This document shows positions 36,757 to 46,472 of a stretch of DNA of 64,000 nucleotides, in pieces. Source of the DNA: a bacterium (GTDB lineage: Bacteria > Bacillota_I > Bacilli_A > Izemoplasmatales > UBA1188); assembly GCA_017960565.1 (NCBI GenBank), contig JAGCYY010000009.1, positions 70,874 through 134,873 of the forward strand, given 5' to 3'. A program made the position numbers and the translations under genes. The notes under the pieces were generated by a model. It was not told the origin of the DNA, did no database searches, and worked only from the letters and a program-made list of their open reading frames with translations. Numbering within the stretch: the first letter of the stretch is position 1; each line of letters opens with the position of its first letter.

Positions 36757-39188
36757 TTTTTATAACCTCTTATTTTGTTTATTTTTAATAGTAAGAAAAG
36801 TGCATACATTAGCATCGAGCCAAATATTAGTGATACTGTCATAAGATATGCAGATGGTTCCATCACAAATTTATAGCCATCAAAACCATAGTGGAAGAAA
36901 TCAGCACCAAATGTTTCAAGAGTATAGATGGACACTAGTGGGCAGAAAGATATAATAATTGCGGTTATTATAGATACCCACATCCTAAGTTTCGAGTATG
37001 GTATTGAGATATATATTAAAACCATGAAGAACGCATATGTCGATGCGAGAAGAGAGATATTAGTCTCAACTAAATCAGAAAAACCAAATAGAGGAGAAAG
37101 GAATCTTACTAGAAGCAAATCTAAAAAGACAATGAGTGCTCCAGGAAAGGCTCCTTTAAAGATATTAGATAAAAATTTTCCAGATATAATCTGACCATTT
37201 GGTTCTAGTGCTAGAACTAGTGATGGTATACCGATTATGAATGTTTCAATTATTATTAATTGAGATGGTTGTCTAAATGGCGAAGTGAATTCGAGTTCAG
37301 GATGAATAAAATATAATACGATAGCTGTAATATTAATGAATATCATCAAGAATGTTTTGGAAAGGAATAAAGATGCACTTCTTTCGATGTTGTTTATAAC
37401 TCTTCTTCCTTCTGTAACAACTTTTGGTAGACTTAAGAAATTAGAATCTAAGAGAACTAAGTGAGCAACAGTCTTAACTGCTTCGCTGCCACTTGCCATA
37501 GCTATTGAACAATCAGATTCTCTTAATGCGAGTATGTCATTTACTCCATCGCCTGTCATCGCGACTTTATGTCCTTCTTTTTTGAGAGTTTGAACTATGA
37601 GTTTCTTTTGATGTGGTTTAACTCTGCCAAATACCGTATATTCTTTTGAAGCTTCTATTACTTCTTCATCAGAAAGATCATCTAAAGAAATCCATTTATC
37701 ATAATTTAATACGCCAGCATCTCTTGCGATGGCACTTACTGTCATCGGATTATCACCAGATATAATTTTGATATCTACACCATTATCAATAAATTCTTTT
37801 ATTGTTTCTTTTGCACCTTCACGAATATTATCGTGAATAGCGATCAAAGCGATTAATTCAAATGGTCCAGCAAGTTTATTGTCTTTGATTTTAGATTGAG
37901 TTTTACAAAGAGCTAGTACTCTTGTCCCTGACATTGCTCTTGAAGTGATCAGTTTTTGATATGGATCATTCTTTTTTAGTTTTACTAAAATATCAGGAGC
38001 ACCAAGAGCAAATGTGCCAACTTCTTTGAATGATACAGCACTAAATTTATTAGTTGAATTGAAATTTAAGATTTGAGTAGCACTAAAATAGACATTATCA
38101 CCAAATCTATCTTTTAAAGCAATGCTCGTTTGATTGCTTCCTTTAAGAGTTCCGTTCATCGATGAGATGATTTCTAATGCTTGATATTTAGGATTTACGA
38201 GAATGAGTTCTTCTACTCGCATTGTGCCATCTGTGATAGTACCAGTTTTATCAAGACAAAGAGTATCTACTCTTGCGAGTTGTTCAATACAATATAGTTC
38301 TTGCACGACAGTCTTGCTTCTAGCAAGTTTTATGACGGATGCAGCAAGTGAGACAGATGTCAATAAGAATAAGCCATATGGTATCATACCATTTATGGCA
38401 CTCACAAGACCTAATACTAATTCTCTTGAGAGATTGAAGATGACAAAATTATCTGAAACATAATTAGAATATCCACGATAGACAAAATACAAAAGAATAG
38501 AAAGAGGTATCAGTGAGATCGAAATAATTGTAATTACTTTATTTAGAGAATTCATTATTTCTGAATTTGGTTTAGAATATTTGGTTGCTTGACTGGAAAG
38601 TTTTTCAATGAAATTATCTTTACCGACATGAATAACCTTGGCATAGCACTCCCCGCTCACAACATATGATCCACTGTAAAGTTCATCGCCTTTTTTCTTG
38701 AGAATATCATCGGATTCACCGGTGATATTTGATTCATTGACATACATTTCACCAGAAAGCACTATAGAGTCTGCGGATATTTGTTTGTTAGCCTCAAGGA
38801 TCATTATATCGTCTAGAACGATGTTACTGATTTCAATTTCTTCTGTCGAAAGGTTTCTTAAGACCTTGACTTTACTTTCATTAACGAGGACAAGCTTATC
38901 GACTATCCTTTTAGCTTTGATTTCTTGAATAATACCTATTAGTAGATTTAAAAATGCAATTAAGACAAAAACGATATTAGATACATCACCGATTTTTTTA
39001 ATAGTTGGGATAACTAATATTGTCATCACAAGAATCACAAGGTTAAAGACAGAAAGGAGGTTATTTAAGAATATTTCTCGATAACTTTTGGTTTTTCTGC
39101 TTTCTTTTTTATTAACTTGTCCTTTCTTTATTCTTTCTTCAACTTCTTCAGGTGTAAGTCCAAATAATACGTCGTCTTTAATAATCAT
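36753..39188 (-). CDS. Cation-transporting P-type ATPase
   Basis: Actuator TGESD, phosphorylation site CLDKTGTITDG, hinge MTGDGVNDILAL, about 10 TM segments. 811 aa. Confidence 0.93.
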   Translation of the reverse strand: MIIKDDVLFGLTPEEVEERIKKGQVNKKESRKTKSYREIFLNNLLSVFNLVILVMTILVIPTIKKIGDVSNIVFVLIAFLNLLIGIIQEIKAKRIVDKLVLVNESKVKVLRNLSTEEIEISNIVLDDIMILEANKQISADSIVLSGEMYVNESNITGESDDILKKKGDELYSGSYVVSGECYAKVIHVGKDNFIEKLSSQATKYSKPNSEIMNSLNKVITIISISLIPLSILLYFVYRGYSNYVSDNFVIFNLSRELVLGLVSAINGMIPYGLFLLTSVSLAASVIKLARSKTVVQELYCIEQLARVDTLCLDKTGTITDGTMRVEELILVNPKYQALEIISSMNGTLKGSNQTSIALKDRFGDNVYFSATQILNFNSTNKFSAVSFKEVGTFALGAPDILVKLKKNDPYQKLITSRAMSGTRVLALCKTQSKIKDNKLAGPFELIALIAIHDNIREGAKETIKEFIDNGVDIKIISGDNPMTVSAIARDAGVLNYDKWISLDDLSDEEVIEASKEYTVFGRVKPHQKKLIVQTLKKEGHKVAMTGDGVNDILALRESDCSIAMASGSEAVKTVAHLVLLDSNFLSLPKVVTEGRRVINNIERSASLFLSKTFLMIFINITAIVLYFIHPELEFTSPFRQPSQLIIIETFIIGIPSLVLALEPNGQIISGKFLSNIFKGAFPGALIVFLDLLLVRFLSPLFGFSDLVETNISLLASTYAFFMVLIYISIPYSKLRMWVSIITAIIISFCPLVSIYTLETFGADFFHYGFDGYKFVMEPSAYLMTVSLIFGSMLMYALFLLLKINKIRGYKK

Positions 39189-39259
39189 AATATATTTTTA
39201 TTATATCATATATTTATGATATAGAGCAAAATTAGATAGCAATTCATAAAAATATATAA

Positions 39260-39282
39260 TAAAAAGCGTAATCAATTACGCT
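39260..39282 (-). terminator. Rho-independent terminator
   Basis: agcgtaat/ca/attacgct (39265-39282) followed by TTTTT on the minus strand. Confidence 0.75.
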
Positions 39283-39303
39283 AATTATTATAAAGAATTA
39301 TGA

Positions 39304-40935
39304 TTAAATGTCTTTAAATATAGAACCACCAATGAATTCTCTTAAGATTGAATTGTTTGGGACTAAAGAACTATCAATAGAGTTATATACTCTTAAGAAT
39401 TTTAATATTCTATTGGCGTTTATGTATTGATCTGAGTCGATTTCTATTTCACTTAAGCTATCAAGGCCATAGTCCTTGAGTACTAGAAGCTCATAGCCAA
39501 GTTCAGAATTGAAAATATAATCTGCAGCTTCCATATTTGGATAAATCCATTTTCTTTCACCGCTTCTTACCATTTTCCAAAGTGTAAGAGTGTTGTAAGC
39601 TGATGTATTTCGAAATTCTTTGTCTCTGACTATTCTTCTAACTAATCTTAAATCAGTGATAGAAATTGGATTATGATTATCGATATTTCTTTGGATTAGA
39701 GGGACAATATAGATCTTAAATATATTTTCTTTTGGGATATTAGGGGTTAGAGTTTCATTTAGAGCATGTATTCCTTCGATGATTAAGACAGAATCATTTT
39801 TTAATCTTGTCTTTTCAAAGAAACCACGATTTCTTGTCTTAAAATCAAAATATGGTAGTTCTACTTCTTTATTATCTAAGAAATCAGTTATGTTCTTATT
39901 GAATAATTTGAGATCTAAAGACTCGATATGTTCCCAGTCAATATCTCCATTTTCATCTCTTACAGCTTTATTCTCATCTAGATAGTAGTTATCTAGACTT
40001 ATACGAATTGGATGGATATTTCTAGATAACAATTCTATTTCTAATCTTTTAGAAAAAGTTGTTTTTCCAGATGATGATGGCCCAGCAATCGCAACAAGTC
40101 TTATGTTTTTGATGTTTTCTTCTATTTTTCTTCCTAGATCGAATATGTCATGATTTTGTCTTGTTTCACAAAGACTAATATATTTTACAAGTTCATCATA
40201 ATCATCACATTTTTTGTTTATACGACAGATGTTTTCAGAATCAGTAAAATGAGCCCAATCATTTGCGAGTGCTAAAGTTTTTAAGAATTTTGGCTCATCG
40301 ACGAATTGCGGAATATATCCCTTTGTCTCAATTCTTGGAAATTGAATCATAAATCCTGGTTTATAAAGAATAAATTTGAAATCTTTGATATATCCAGTTG
40401 ATGGAGTAATATAGGAATACATATAATTTCTATATCCCATACATTCATGTACATGGACATCTCTTTTTCTATATTCTAGATTTTCAATTTTATCATAATA
40501 GCCGATAGATTTATAATATTCTATCATCTCTTCAAGCTTATATGTTTTGCGTTCAAATCTATAATCATTTTCAATGATTCTTCTTACCTCTTTTTCAATG
40601 TTAGAAAGCATTTCTTGTGTCATTTCTGTGTCGATAATTTTCGCAAATAACGACATTGAAATTGAGTTAGAAAAGCGCACGTTTAGGGACTTATAAATGT
40701 TGTGGACTGCCATCGCAACGATATATCTTAAGGTTGCTTGATAGATTCTAATAGAGTTTCCATCGGTTAGATCTAATAGCTCAATAACGTCATTTTCTTT
40801 TGGTTTATAAAAAAGATCTCTAACTCTATTGTTTACTTTTGCAGAATAAAAAAGTCCAGATTCAAGTCTAGATATATCTTCAAGAGTTATATTTTCATTA
40901 AACTCTTTTATTTTTCCATTAACTTTTAAAATCAT
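39304..40935 (-). CDS. Uridine-kinase-family nucleoside kinase with N-terminal TGS/ThrRS-like domains
   Basis: P-loop AGPSSSGKTTFSKRL at about aa 285. The N-terminus MILKVNGKIKEFNENITLEDI is TGS-like. 543 aa. Confidence 0.7.
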   Translation of the reverse strand: MILKVNGKIKEFNENITLEDISRLESGLFYSAKVNNRVRDLFYKPKENDVIELLDLTDGNSIRIYQATLRYIVAMAVHNIYKSLNVRFSNSISMSLFAKIIDTEMTQEMLSNIEKEVRRIIENDYRFERKTYKLEEMIEYYKSIGYYDKIENLEYRKRDVHVHECMGYRNYMYSYITPSTGYIKDFKFILYKPGFMIQFPRIETKGYIPQFVDEPKFLKTLALANDWAHFTDSENICRINKKCDDYDELVKYISLCETRQNHDIFDLGRKIEENIKNIRLVAIAGPSSSGKTTFSKRLEIELLSRNIHPIRISLDNYYLDENKAVRDENGDIDWEHIESLDLKLFNKNITDFLDNKEVELPYFDFKTRNRGFFEKTRLKNDSVLIIEGIHALNETLTPNIPKENIFKIYIVPLIQRNIDNHNPISITDLRLVRRIVRDKEFRNTSAYNTLTLWKMVRSGERKWIYPNMEAADYIFNSELGYELLVLKDYGLDSLSEIEIDSDQYINANRILKFLRVYNSIDSSLVPNNSILREFIGGSIFKDI

Positions 40936-40938
40936 ATA

Positions 40939-42147
40939 TTATCTCTCCTTGTTTTTAAGGATTGCGATGTAATTCCAATAGAAAATTGATCTATAACCAT
41001 CTTTTGGATAGACTCTATATGTTTTATCTGGAGTTGGGACTTCAAAATCTCTTCCAAGAGTTATTGTGTAATTGATTACCTTGTTATTATAGATGCAGAT
41101 GTTTTTAGATTCATCTTCTGGACATAAAAATGAGATCTTTTCTCTATCCATAATAACTTTGCCACTAAATAGTGGTTCTTCTTTTAATGATTCAAAATAT
41201 GAGAATGTTGCTTCATCTTCGAGTATTAGACCATTATCAATCTCATTTTCAAAGCTTGTTCTATCGATGTCAAATAGATCTTTTAAATCTTTATATTTAG
41301 GGTTATTTTCTTTAAACCTATAGCTGTCTTTTTCAAATGTTAATGAGAGGCCACAAGACTTACATGTCAGATTTAATTTGTTAGTTTCAAAAGGGAGAAT
41401 CTCACCACAATCAGGACATTTCATAAGAACCTTTTCAAGTCCTCTAGCTTTGTTTTTTCTCATATATTTATATTCTGGATGTTCTCTCATGATAGATAGA
41501 TCATCATTAGAATCAAATGCTTTATTCAATATTTTATTGATAGTGTCGAGATTAAGGTTATCGATATCATTTTTGTCGATCAAAAGATTAATTGAAGCAT
41601 CGACAACGCCTTTTCCTGGTGTAGGATTCCATTTAGGGCTGAATAGGTATGTTCCTTGAGGGTTGATAAAATAAACATTAGGTTTATATTTCTTTATGAG
41701 CTTATCAAGACCTGATGGGAGGATTAATGGTTTTCCATATGTGGACATTTGGCCTTCTGGAAACATCATTACATTTCTGCCAAGCTTTAGATAATCAGCA
41801 ATTCTTATTATGCTTCTCACATCATTTCGATATTGATTTTTTGGAATTGTGCCTGTGATATTTAATAAAAATTTTAGGAAATTGTTTCGATACCAATAAG
41901 TTGTCGCTACAATATGACTTCTTACAGGATATATGAGCATTGGGACAATTAGAAAATCATAATATGATCTATGAGGCGAAATAATAAGCGATGGGCCTTC
42001 TATTTTTAATTTATTCCTCATCTTTATTTTAACCATAGTTTTTATCCAAAGAATTACTAGAGGTCCTAAAATATAATAGATAAAGAAACTAGGCTTTCTT
42101 AATCTTTTCTTTTTTTCTTTTTTATTTTTATTGATGTTAGATTTCAT
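40939..42147 (-). CDS. Lysophospholipid (PlsC-type) acyltransferase with an internal zinc ribbon
   Basis: HX4D motif HRSYYD and FPEGQMS. Later CPDCGEILPFETNKLNLTCKSCG. Confidence 0.7.
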   Translation of the reverse strand: MKSNINKNKKEKKKRLRKPSFFIYYILGPLVILWIKTMVKIKMRNKLKIEGPSLIISPHRSYYDFLIVPMLIYPVRSHIVATTYWYRNNFLKFLLNITGTIPKNQYRNDVRSIIRIADYLKLGRNVMMFPEGQMSTYGKPLILPSGLDKLIKKYKPNVYFINPQGTYLFSPKWNPTPGKGVVDASINLLIDKNDIDNLNLDTINKILNKAFDSNDDLSIMREHPEYKYMRKNKARGLEKVLMKCPDCGEILPFETNKLNLTCKSCGLSLTFEKDSYRFKENNPKYKDLKDLFDIDRTSFENEIDNGLILEDEATFSYFESLKEEPLFSGKVIMDREKISFLCPEDESKNICIYNNKVINYTITLGRDFEVPTPDKTYRVYPKDGYRSIFYWNYIAILKNKER

Positions 42148-43870
42148 TGTCCAATTTACCTTTTTCTATTATATAATCAACAAATATAATTATAGTAAAA
42201 AATAAGAAAATCTCAAGCAAATATATAAAGTATTGTGGAAAAGTTTGATATGTGAAATTAACTTTGAATATATAATTTATATATTCTGAGTTGTAATATG
42301 ACATCGATAATAAGAGAATGAAGAGAATAGAGAATGTGATAAAATACATAAGATAATTGGAAAATAGAGTAGTTTTTTGAACTTCTTGTGATTTTAGGTT
42401 AGCGTGTATTAGTTTATTCTTATCTCTTTCAAAAGAGTCATCAAACTCTTTTCTTTCTCTAATATATAAGATAATCACAAATGAAGATATGAGAATAAAT
42501 AGAATTGATGCAAAGATAAATTTGAGAATGGAATATCTATATAATTCTATATTATCTTCCATCTTTCTTTTGAGTTCACCATTAAAGATTTTATTGATAT
42601 CTTGAAATGATGATTTTTTGCCGTTTTCATATATCAATATTTTCTTATATTCACTATTAATTTCTTTGTTTGTATAGATTGTTGTGCCGGTTACATCATC
42701 AATAAATGAATATATTTTAAATGTCATAATCTCATTGTTTATTGATATTTCAACATCATCGCCAATATTATGATCTATTTCATTAAATATTGTCCTTGGA
42801 ACGATTATAGCATTTTCAGGAAGATAATCGAGTGATTCAAAGATAGAAGCATTATAAAATGATTCAAATTTTGTAAGGTCTAATGATAATAGTTCATATT
42901 TTTCATTATCTAATATGACATATTCAGAGCTATTAATAACATTATATTGATATTTAGATGCTGTAATGATTTTAGATAAGATTTCGTTGGTGTCTTTTGT
43001 CTTTATGACATAGTCATATTTCAAATAATTGGTGGAATATGATAATTTTTGATAATTTGAAGAAATAAAGACTACATTGATAAACATTGCGAGAACCGCA
43101 AAAACAAAATAAACGATGTTTTTTCTTCTAATAAAGAGATAGATATATGATGATCTACGTGATAAATTAATTCTTTTTCTGATTGAATATGCATATATTA
43201 TTTTGTATATTGCTTGTGATAAAAAGATGCTTATCGATAAGACAAATAGAATATATATGATGACAGATTTATCTATGAATAAAAATAAAAAGATGGAAAG
43301 AATTGCAAATATAAAAAATACATAATCATATTTTTCTAATAATTCACTATAATTGAAATCTAAAAATGTGTATGATGCAACTATAAAAGATGCGATAATT
43401 GGAAGAATTAGAGATAAGAATATGATATAAGGTTTTATAGACATTGAATAATCATATTTATGTCTAATGATTAGATAAAGGATTAGATAAATAAAAAGAG
43501 ATATGATAATTGTGAGAATTACTGAGATTAGTGAAATGATTAATTTTGATAAGATATATAAAAGATATTTATTTCTTTTTTTGATTTGCAGGCTGGTGAT
43601 AGAATTTAATATATTTTTTTCATCTAATCTTTTTCCGGTTTGAAAAAAGAGATATATTGAGTAACATATCACTAATATTTCAATAAATAAGATGATGTTA
43701 AGTCTGTTATATTTATATATGAGAGGAAGCATTAAACCTTTTTCTTCATTCAACATAAATAAAAAAAATAGTGAGACCGAAAGAAAGAAAAATCTTAAGA
43801 TGTCCACTATAAATTTCTTTGTCGGTTTATATGAAATTTTAAAGGCATATTTAAAGATACTAGAGTTCAC
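42137..43870 (-). CDS. Large polytopic membrane protein, probable FtsX/MacB-type permease partner (tentative)
   Basis: GTG start. Many N-terminal TM segments, a ~170-aa extracytoplasmic domain, and a C-terminal 3-TM bundle with RERKEF...ANLKSQEVQK, loosely like the FtsX domain. In a single-copy version its start would overlap the stop of the upstream ABC-like gene. Confidence 0.55.
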   Translation of the reverse strand: MNSSIFKYAFKISYKPTKKFIVDILRFFFLSVSLFFLFMLNEEKGLMLPLIYKYNRLNIILFIEILVICYSIYLFFQTGKRLDEKNILNSITSLQIKKRNKYLLYILSKLIISLISVILTIIISLFIYLILYLIIRHKYDYSMSIKPYIIFLSLILPIIASFIVASYTFLDFNYSELLEKYDYVFFIFAILSIFLFLFIDKSVIIYILFVLSISIFLSQAIYKIIYAYSIRKRINLSRRSSYIYLFIRRKNIVYFVFAVLAMFINVVFISSNYQKLSYSTNYLKYDYVIKTKDTNEILSKIITASKYQYNVINSSEYVILDNEKYELLSLDLTKFESFYNASIFESLDYLPENAIIVPRTIFNEIDHNIGDDVEISINNEIMTFKIYSFIDDVTGTTIYTNKEINSEYKKILIYENGKKSSFQDINKIFNGELKRKMEDNIELYRYSILKFIFASILFILISSFVIILYIRERKEFDDSFERDKNKLIHANLKSQEVQKTTLFSNYLMYFITFSILFILLLSMSYYNSEYINYIFKVNFTYQTFPQYFIYLLEIFLFFTIIIFVDYIIEKGKLDNEI

Positions 43871-43990
43871 TTAAGATACCTTCTTCAATGACAAATTTCT
43901 AAATTTCTTTGTCGGTTTATATGAAATTTTAAAGGCATATTTAAAGATACTAGAGTTCACTTAAGATACCTTCTTCAATGACAAATTTCT
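43811..43990. repeat. Perfect 90-bp tandem duplication (2 copies: 43811-43900, 43901-43990)
   Basis: Direct comparison shows both copies are identical at all 90 positions. The unit spans the ATPase-stop/permease-start junction. Confidence 0.98.
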
Positions 43991-44603
43991 TTGTGGCATA
44001 TTTTAACATATTGATATTTGTCGTAGTATGGAACATTGCAATATGAAACATACTATTGATAGTGTTTAACATTTTAAATATTTCATCTTGATGAGGTTTT
44101 GTTAGAAATTCAAAAGCGTTATCAATTAATAAAATAAAAGGTCTAGATATTATCGCTCTTGCAATACTTATTTTTTTTCTTTCGTATGGGTTAAGGTCGA
44201 TTGGATATTTATCTAATAAAGTTGCGATATCTAGAGTTTTAATTACTTCATTAAAATATGCTTTATCGATTTCAACTCTATTTATTTGTTGCGGAAGAGT
44301 GATATTTTCTTTTATTGAAAGATTAAAAAATAGATAATCATTTTTATCGATATATGATATATCTCTTGCGTGCCATTCATCGATATCATTTCTATTATAT
44401 TTGTTTATAAGTTCATCAAAATAGTAGATTTCTCCATCTACTGGCTTTTTTTCAAGATAAATAGCTTTTAATAATTGTGATCCTTCATGCTCATTTGAAT
44501 AGAGTACTAATGTATCACCTTCAGATACACTAAAAGAAATATTATCAATGAAATAATCATTATTTACATTTATCTTTAAATTTTTTGTTTCAATAATGTT
44601 CAT
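43950..44603 (-). CDS. Degenerate ABC ATPase-like protein (catalytic motifs lost)
   Basis: ABC NBD fold pattern with degraded motifs. Walker A position reads LYSNEHEGSQLL (no GK[ST]). Q-loop region YIDKND has no Gln. Signature is LNPYERKK instead of LSGGQ. Walker B is ILLIDNAF (Asp kept, catalytic Glu replaced by Asn). Confidence 0.7.
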   Translation of the reverse strand: MNIIETKNLKINVNNDYFIDNISFSVSEGDTLVLYSNEHEGSQLLKAIYLEKKPVDGEIYYFDELINKYNRNDIDEWHARDISYIDKNDYLFFNLSIKENITLPQQINRVEIDKAYFNEVIKTLDIATLLDKYPIDLNPYERKKISIARAIISRPFILLIDNAFEFLTKPHQDEIFKMLNTINSMFHIAMFHTTTNINMLKYATKKFVIEEGILSEL

Positions 44604-44709
44604 TCGCTGTCCTTTTATTTAATTTTATCACAAATATATAAATATTTGTAATACACCATTTGACAATACTATCAAAAATACTTAAAATTTTATTAAGGGA
44701 AATACAATC

Positions 44710-45159
44710 ATGGATTTAAGTTATTCAAAAAATAAATTTAATAAAAGACTTATTGGATATATTATTATTTTATTTATTTCAATGGGTATAATATCTTTTT
44801 TAGAATTTTATTTTATTAAGATTCTTTTTGAAAACGCCTTATTAATCCTTCTTTTAATATCTTTTTTGATGATAGCTTTATTTTCTTTGCTTATATATTT
44901 ATTGCTTATTGATCTATTAAATAAAAAAGATGTTGTTATAAAAATTGGTGAAGATGTTATCGGGTTTTATAATACAAAATATGATGATTTAAAAGAATAT
45001 AATATTCTAGATATAAAAGATATTTTAATTAAATATCATAAAGGTGGCATTAAATCTATAAAACTAATTGTTAAAAAAAGAAAGATAAATTTAAGAATAT
45101 ATAGCGATAATGACTTAGATATTTTAGCAAACAAGCTTCTTTTGAGGATGAATTCATGA
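44710..45159 (+). CDS. YdbS-like membrane protein with bacterial PH (bPH_2/DUF304-like) domain (tentative)
   Basis: Two TM segments followed by VVIKIGEDVIGFYN...ILDIKDILIKYHKGGIKSIKLIVKKRKINLRIY. 4-nt ATGA overlap with the next gene, as in ydbS-ydbT pairs. Confidence 0.45.
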   Translation: MDLSYSKNKFNKRLIGYIIILFISMGIISFLEFYFIKILFENALLILLLISFLMIALFSLLIYLLLIDLLNKKDVVIKIGEDVIGFYNTKYDDLKEYNILDIKDILIKYHKGGIKSIKLIVKKRKINLRIYSDNDLDILANKLLLRMNS

Positions 45160-46424
45160 TTACTTTAAAACAAAAAAACATCTTTATGATGTCAAGATCG
45201 CTTTATATTTTAATATTATTTAATCTTATGATTCTTCCTTGGGGAGGATATATTTATTCTGATTTGCTTCAAGGGTCATTACTATATATTCTTCTTTCAT
45301 ATTTAGGAGTATATTTAGTTATATATGGAATATTTTTGATATTTACACTCCCACGAACATTCAACATTACTGATAGTTATGTTGAAAAGATATATAATTT
45401 TTTATTTATTCACACAAGAAAAGTTTCATATTTCAACAATTCTAAAATATCTATTAGAATCAATAGTAATTTTATTCTATCTATATTCTATCTAGAAAGG
45501 ATTAGTGTATTTACTATTGATGAGAGAAAACTATTTTCTCTTTATGTCGAAAAAGATGAATCGATAAATATTATAAATGATTGTTTAAAAGTTAAAACTG
45601 AAGTTAAAAAGCCTTTTAAAAAGAATGAAGATTTCTTTAGAGATACTAAAGGAATTGAATCATATGTCTATACATCATTTCTTATATCAGTTTTTATTAC
45701 TCTTATTTTTAATTTAATATTTGGATTTTTCATCGATAATATAATGCGTTTGATATTTATAGGTTTTATCGTACTATTTGTGTCTTTTATTATCATCGTG
45801 TTTTATAATTTAACACATTCATTAAACCAGATATCTAAAGTTGATAATGAATATATACACACGATGAAAGGAAATATATTTAAATCCAACTATTATCTTC
45901 CAAGATCAAAACTCGATGATGTCATAATAATTGGCGGGCCATTTTCAAATTATCTTAATACATTTACTGTAATGACATTTATTACTAAGACAAGATTTGT
46001 GCTTATTCCGATGCACAAAGAAAATATTGAAATCGATCTTAATATTATACTTGATAAGAAAAATAAATCTTATGTAAATATTCCGAACCTTATCACTTAT
46101 TCTATTATCGCTTTAGTTCTTTCAATTGTCATATCTATTTTTAATATTATTGGGGGAATATCAACTCTTATTCTACTTGAATTTATTGTCTTAGTATTCA
46201 ATATGGGTAATTACTTTGTTTTAGATAATGAAAGAATAATCTCTAGAACTAAATTCTTTATTGCATTTTATAGAGTGATGAGATTTAGTCTTATGAAAAG
46301 AATTAAATTAAAAAGATATTATAAAGGTTATAGGGTTATTGAATATACATTATATGATAAAAAATATAATCAAATAATATCTTTATCAGATGCAACAGAA
46401 ATAACTAAACCTATCAAAAAATAA
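45156..46424 (+). CDS. YdbT-like membrane protein with repeated bPH-like modules (tentative)
   Basis: Alternating TM pairs and short soluble modules, e.g. ITDSYVEKIYNFLFIHTRKVSYFNNSKISIRINSNFILSIFYLERISVFT. Confidence 0.45.
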   Translation: MITLKQKNIFMMSRSLYILILFNLMILPWGGYIYSDLLQGSLLYILLSYLGVYLVIYGIFLIFTLPRTFNITDSYVEKIYNFLFIHTRKVSYFNNSKISIRINSNFILSIFYLERISVFTIDERKLFSLYVEKDESINIINDCLKVKTEVKKPFKKNEDFFRDTKGIESYVYTSFLISVFITLIFNLIFGFFIDNIMRLIFIGFIVLFVSFIIIVFYNLTHSLNQISKVDNEYIHTMKGNIFKSNYYLPRSKLDDVIIIGGPFSNYLNTFTVMTFITKTRFVLIPMHKENIEIDLNIILDKKNKSYVNIPNLITYSIIALVLSIVISIFNIIGGISTLILLEFIVLVFNMGNYFVLDNERIISRTKFFIAFYRVMRFSLMKRIKLKRYYKGYRVIEYTLYDKKYNQIISLSDATEITKPIKK

Positions 46425-46432
46425 TTTATAAT

Positions 46433-46465
46433 AAAATAAATATGCTCGCTGAGCATATTTATTTT
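46433..46465. terminator. Bidirectional terminator between convergent genes
   Basis: aaatatgctc/gct/gagcatattt, extended by A/T pairs. Confidence 0.75.
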
Positions 46466-46472
46466 ACATTTG

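Noticed and set aside
43871-43960. 29-codon ORF starting at the duplicated GTG (43960)
   Set aside because: It is a by-product of the 90-bp tandem duplication: the first 20 codons copy the permease N-terminus, then the frame runs into antisense ATPase sequence and stops. It is treated as a decoy, not a gene.
43811-43990. Possibility that the direct repeats are a CRISPR array or a mobile-element terminal repeat
   Set aside because: There are only two contiguous copies and no spacers. The unit is 90 bp, far longer than CRISPR repeats, and consists of coding sequence of the flanking genes. No cas, transposase or integrase genes occur anywhere in the window.
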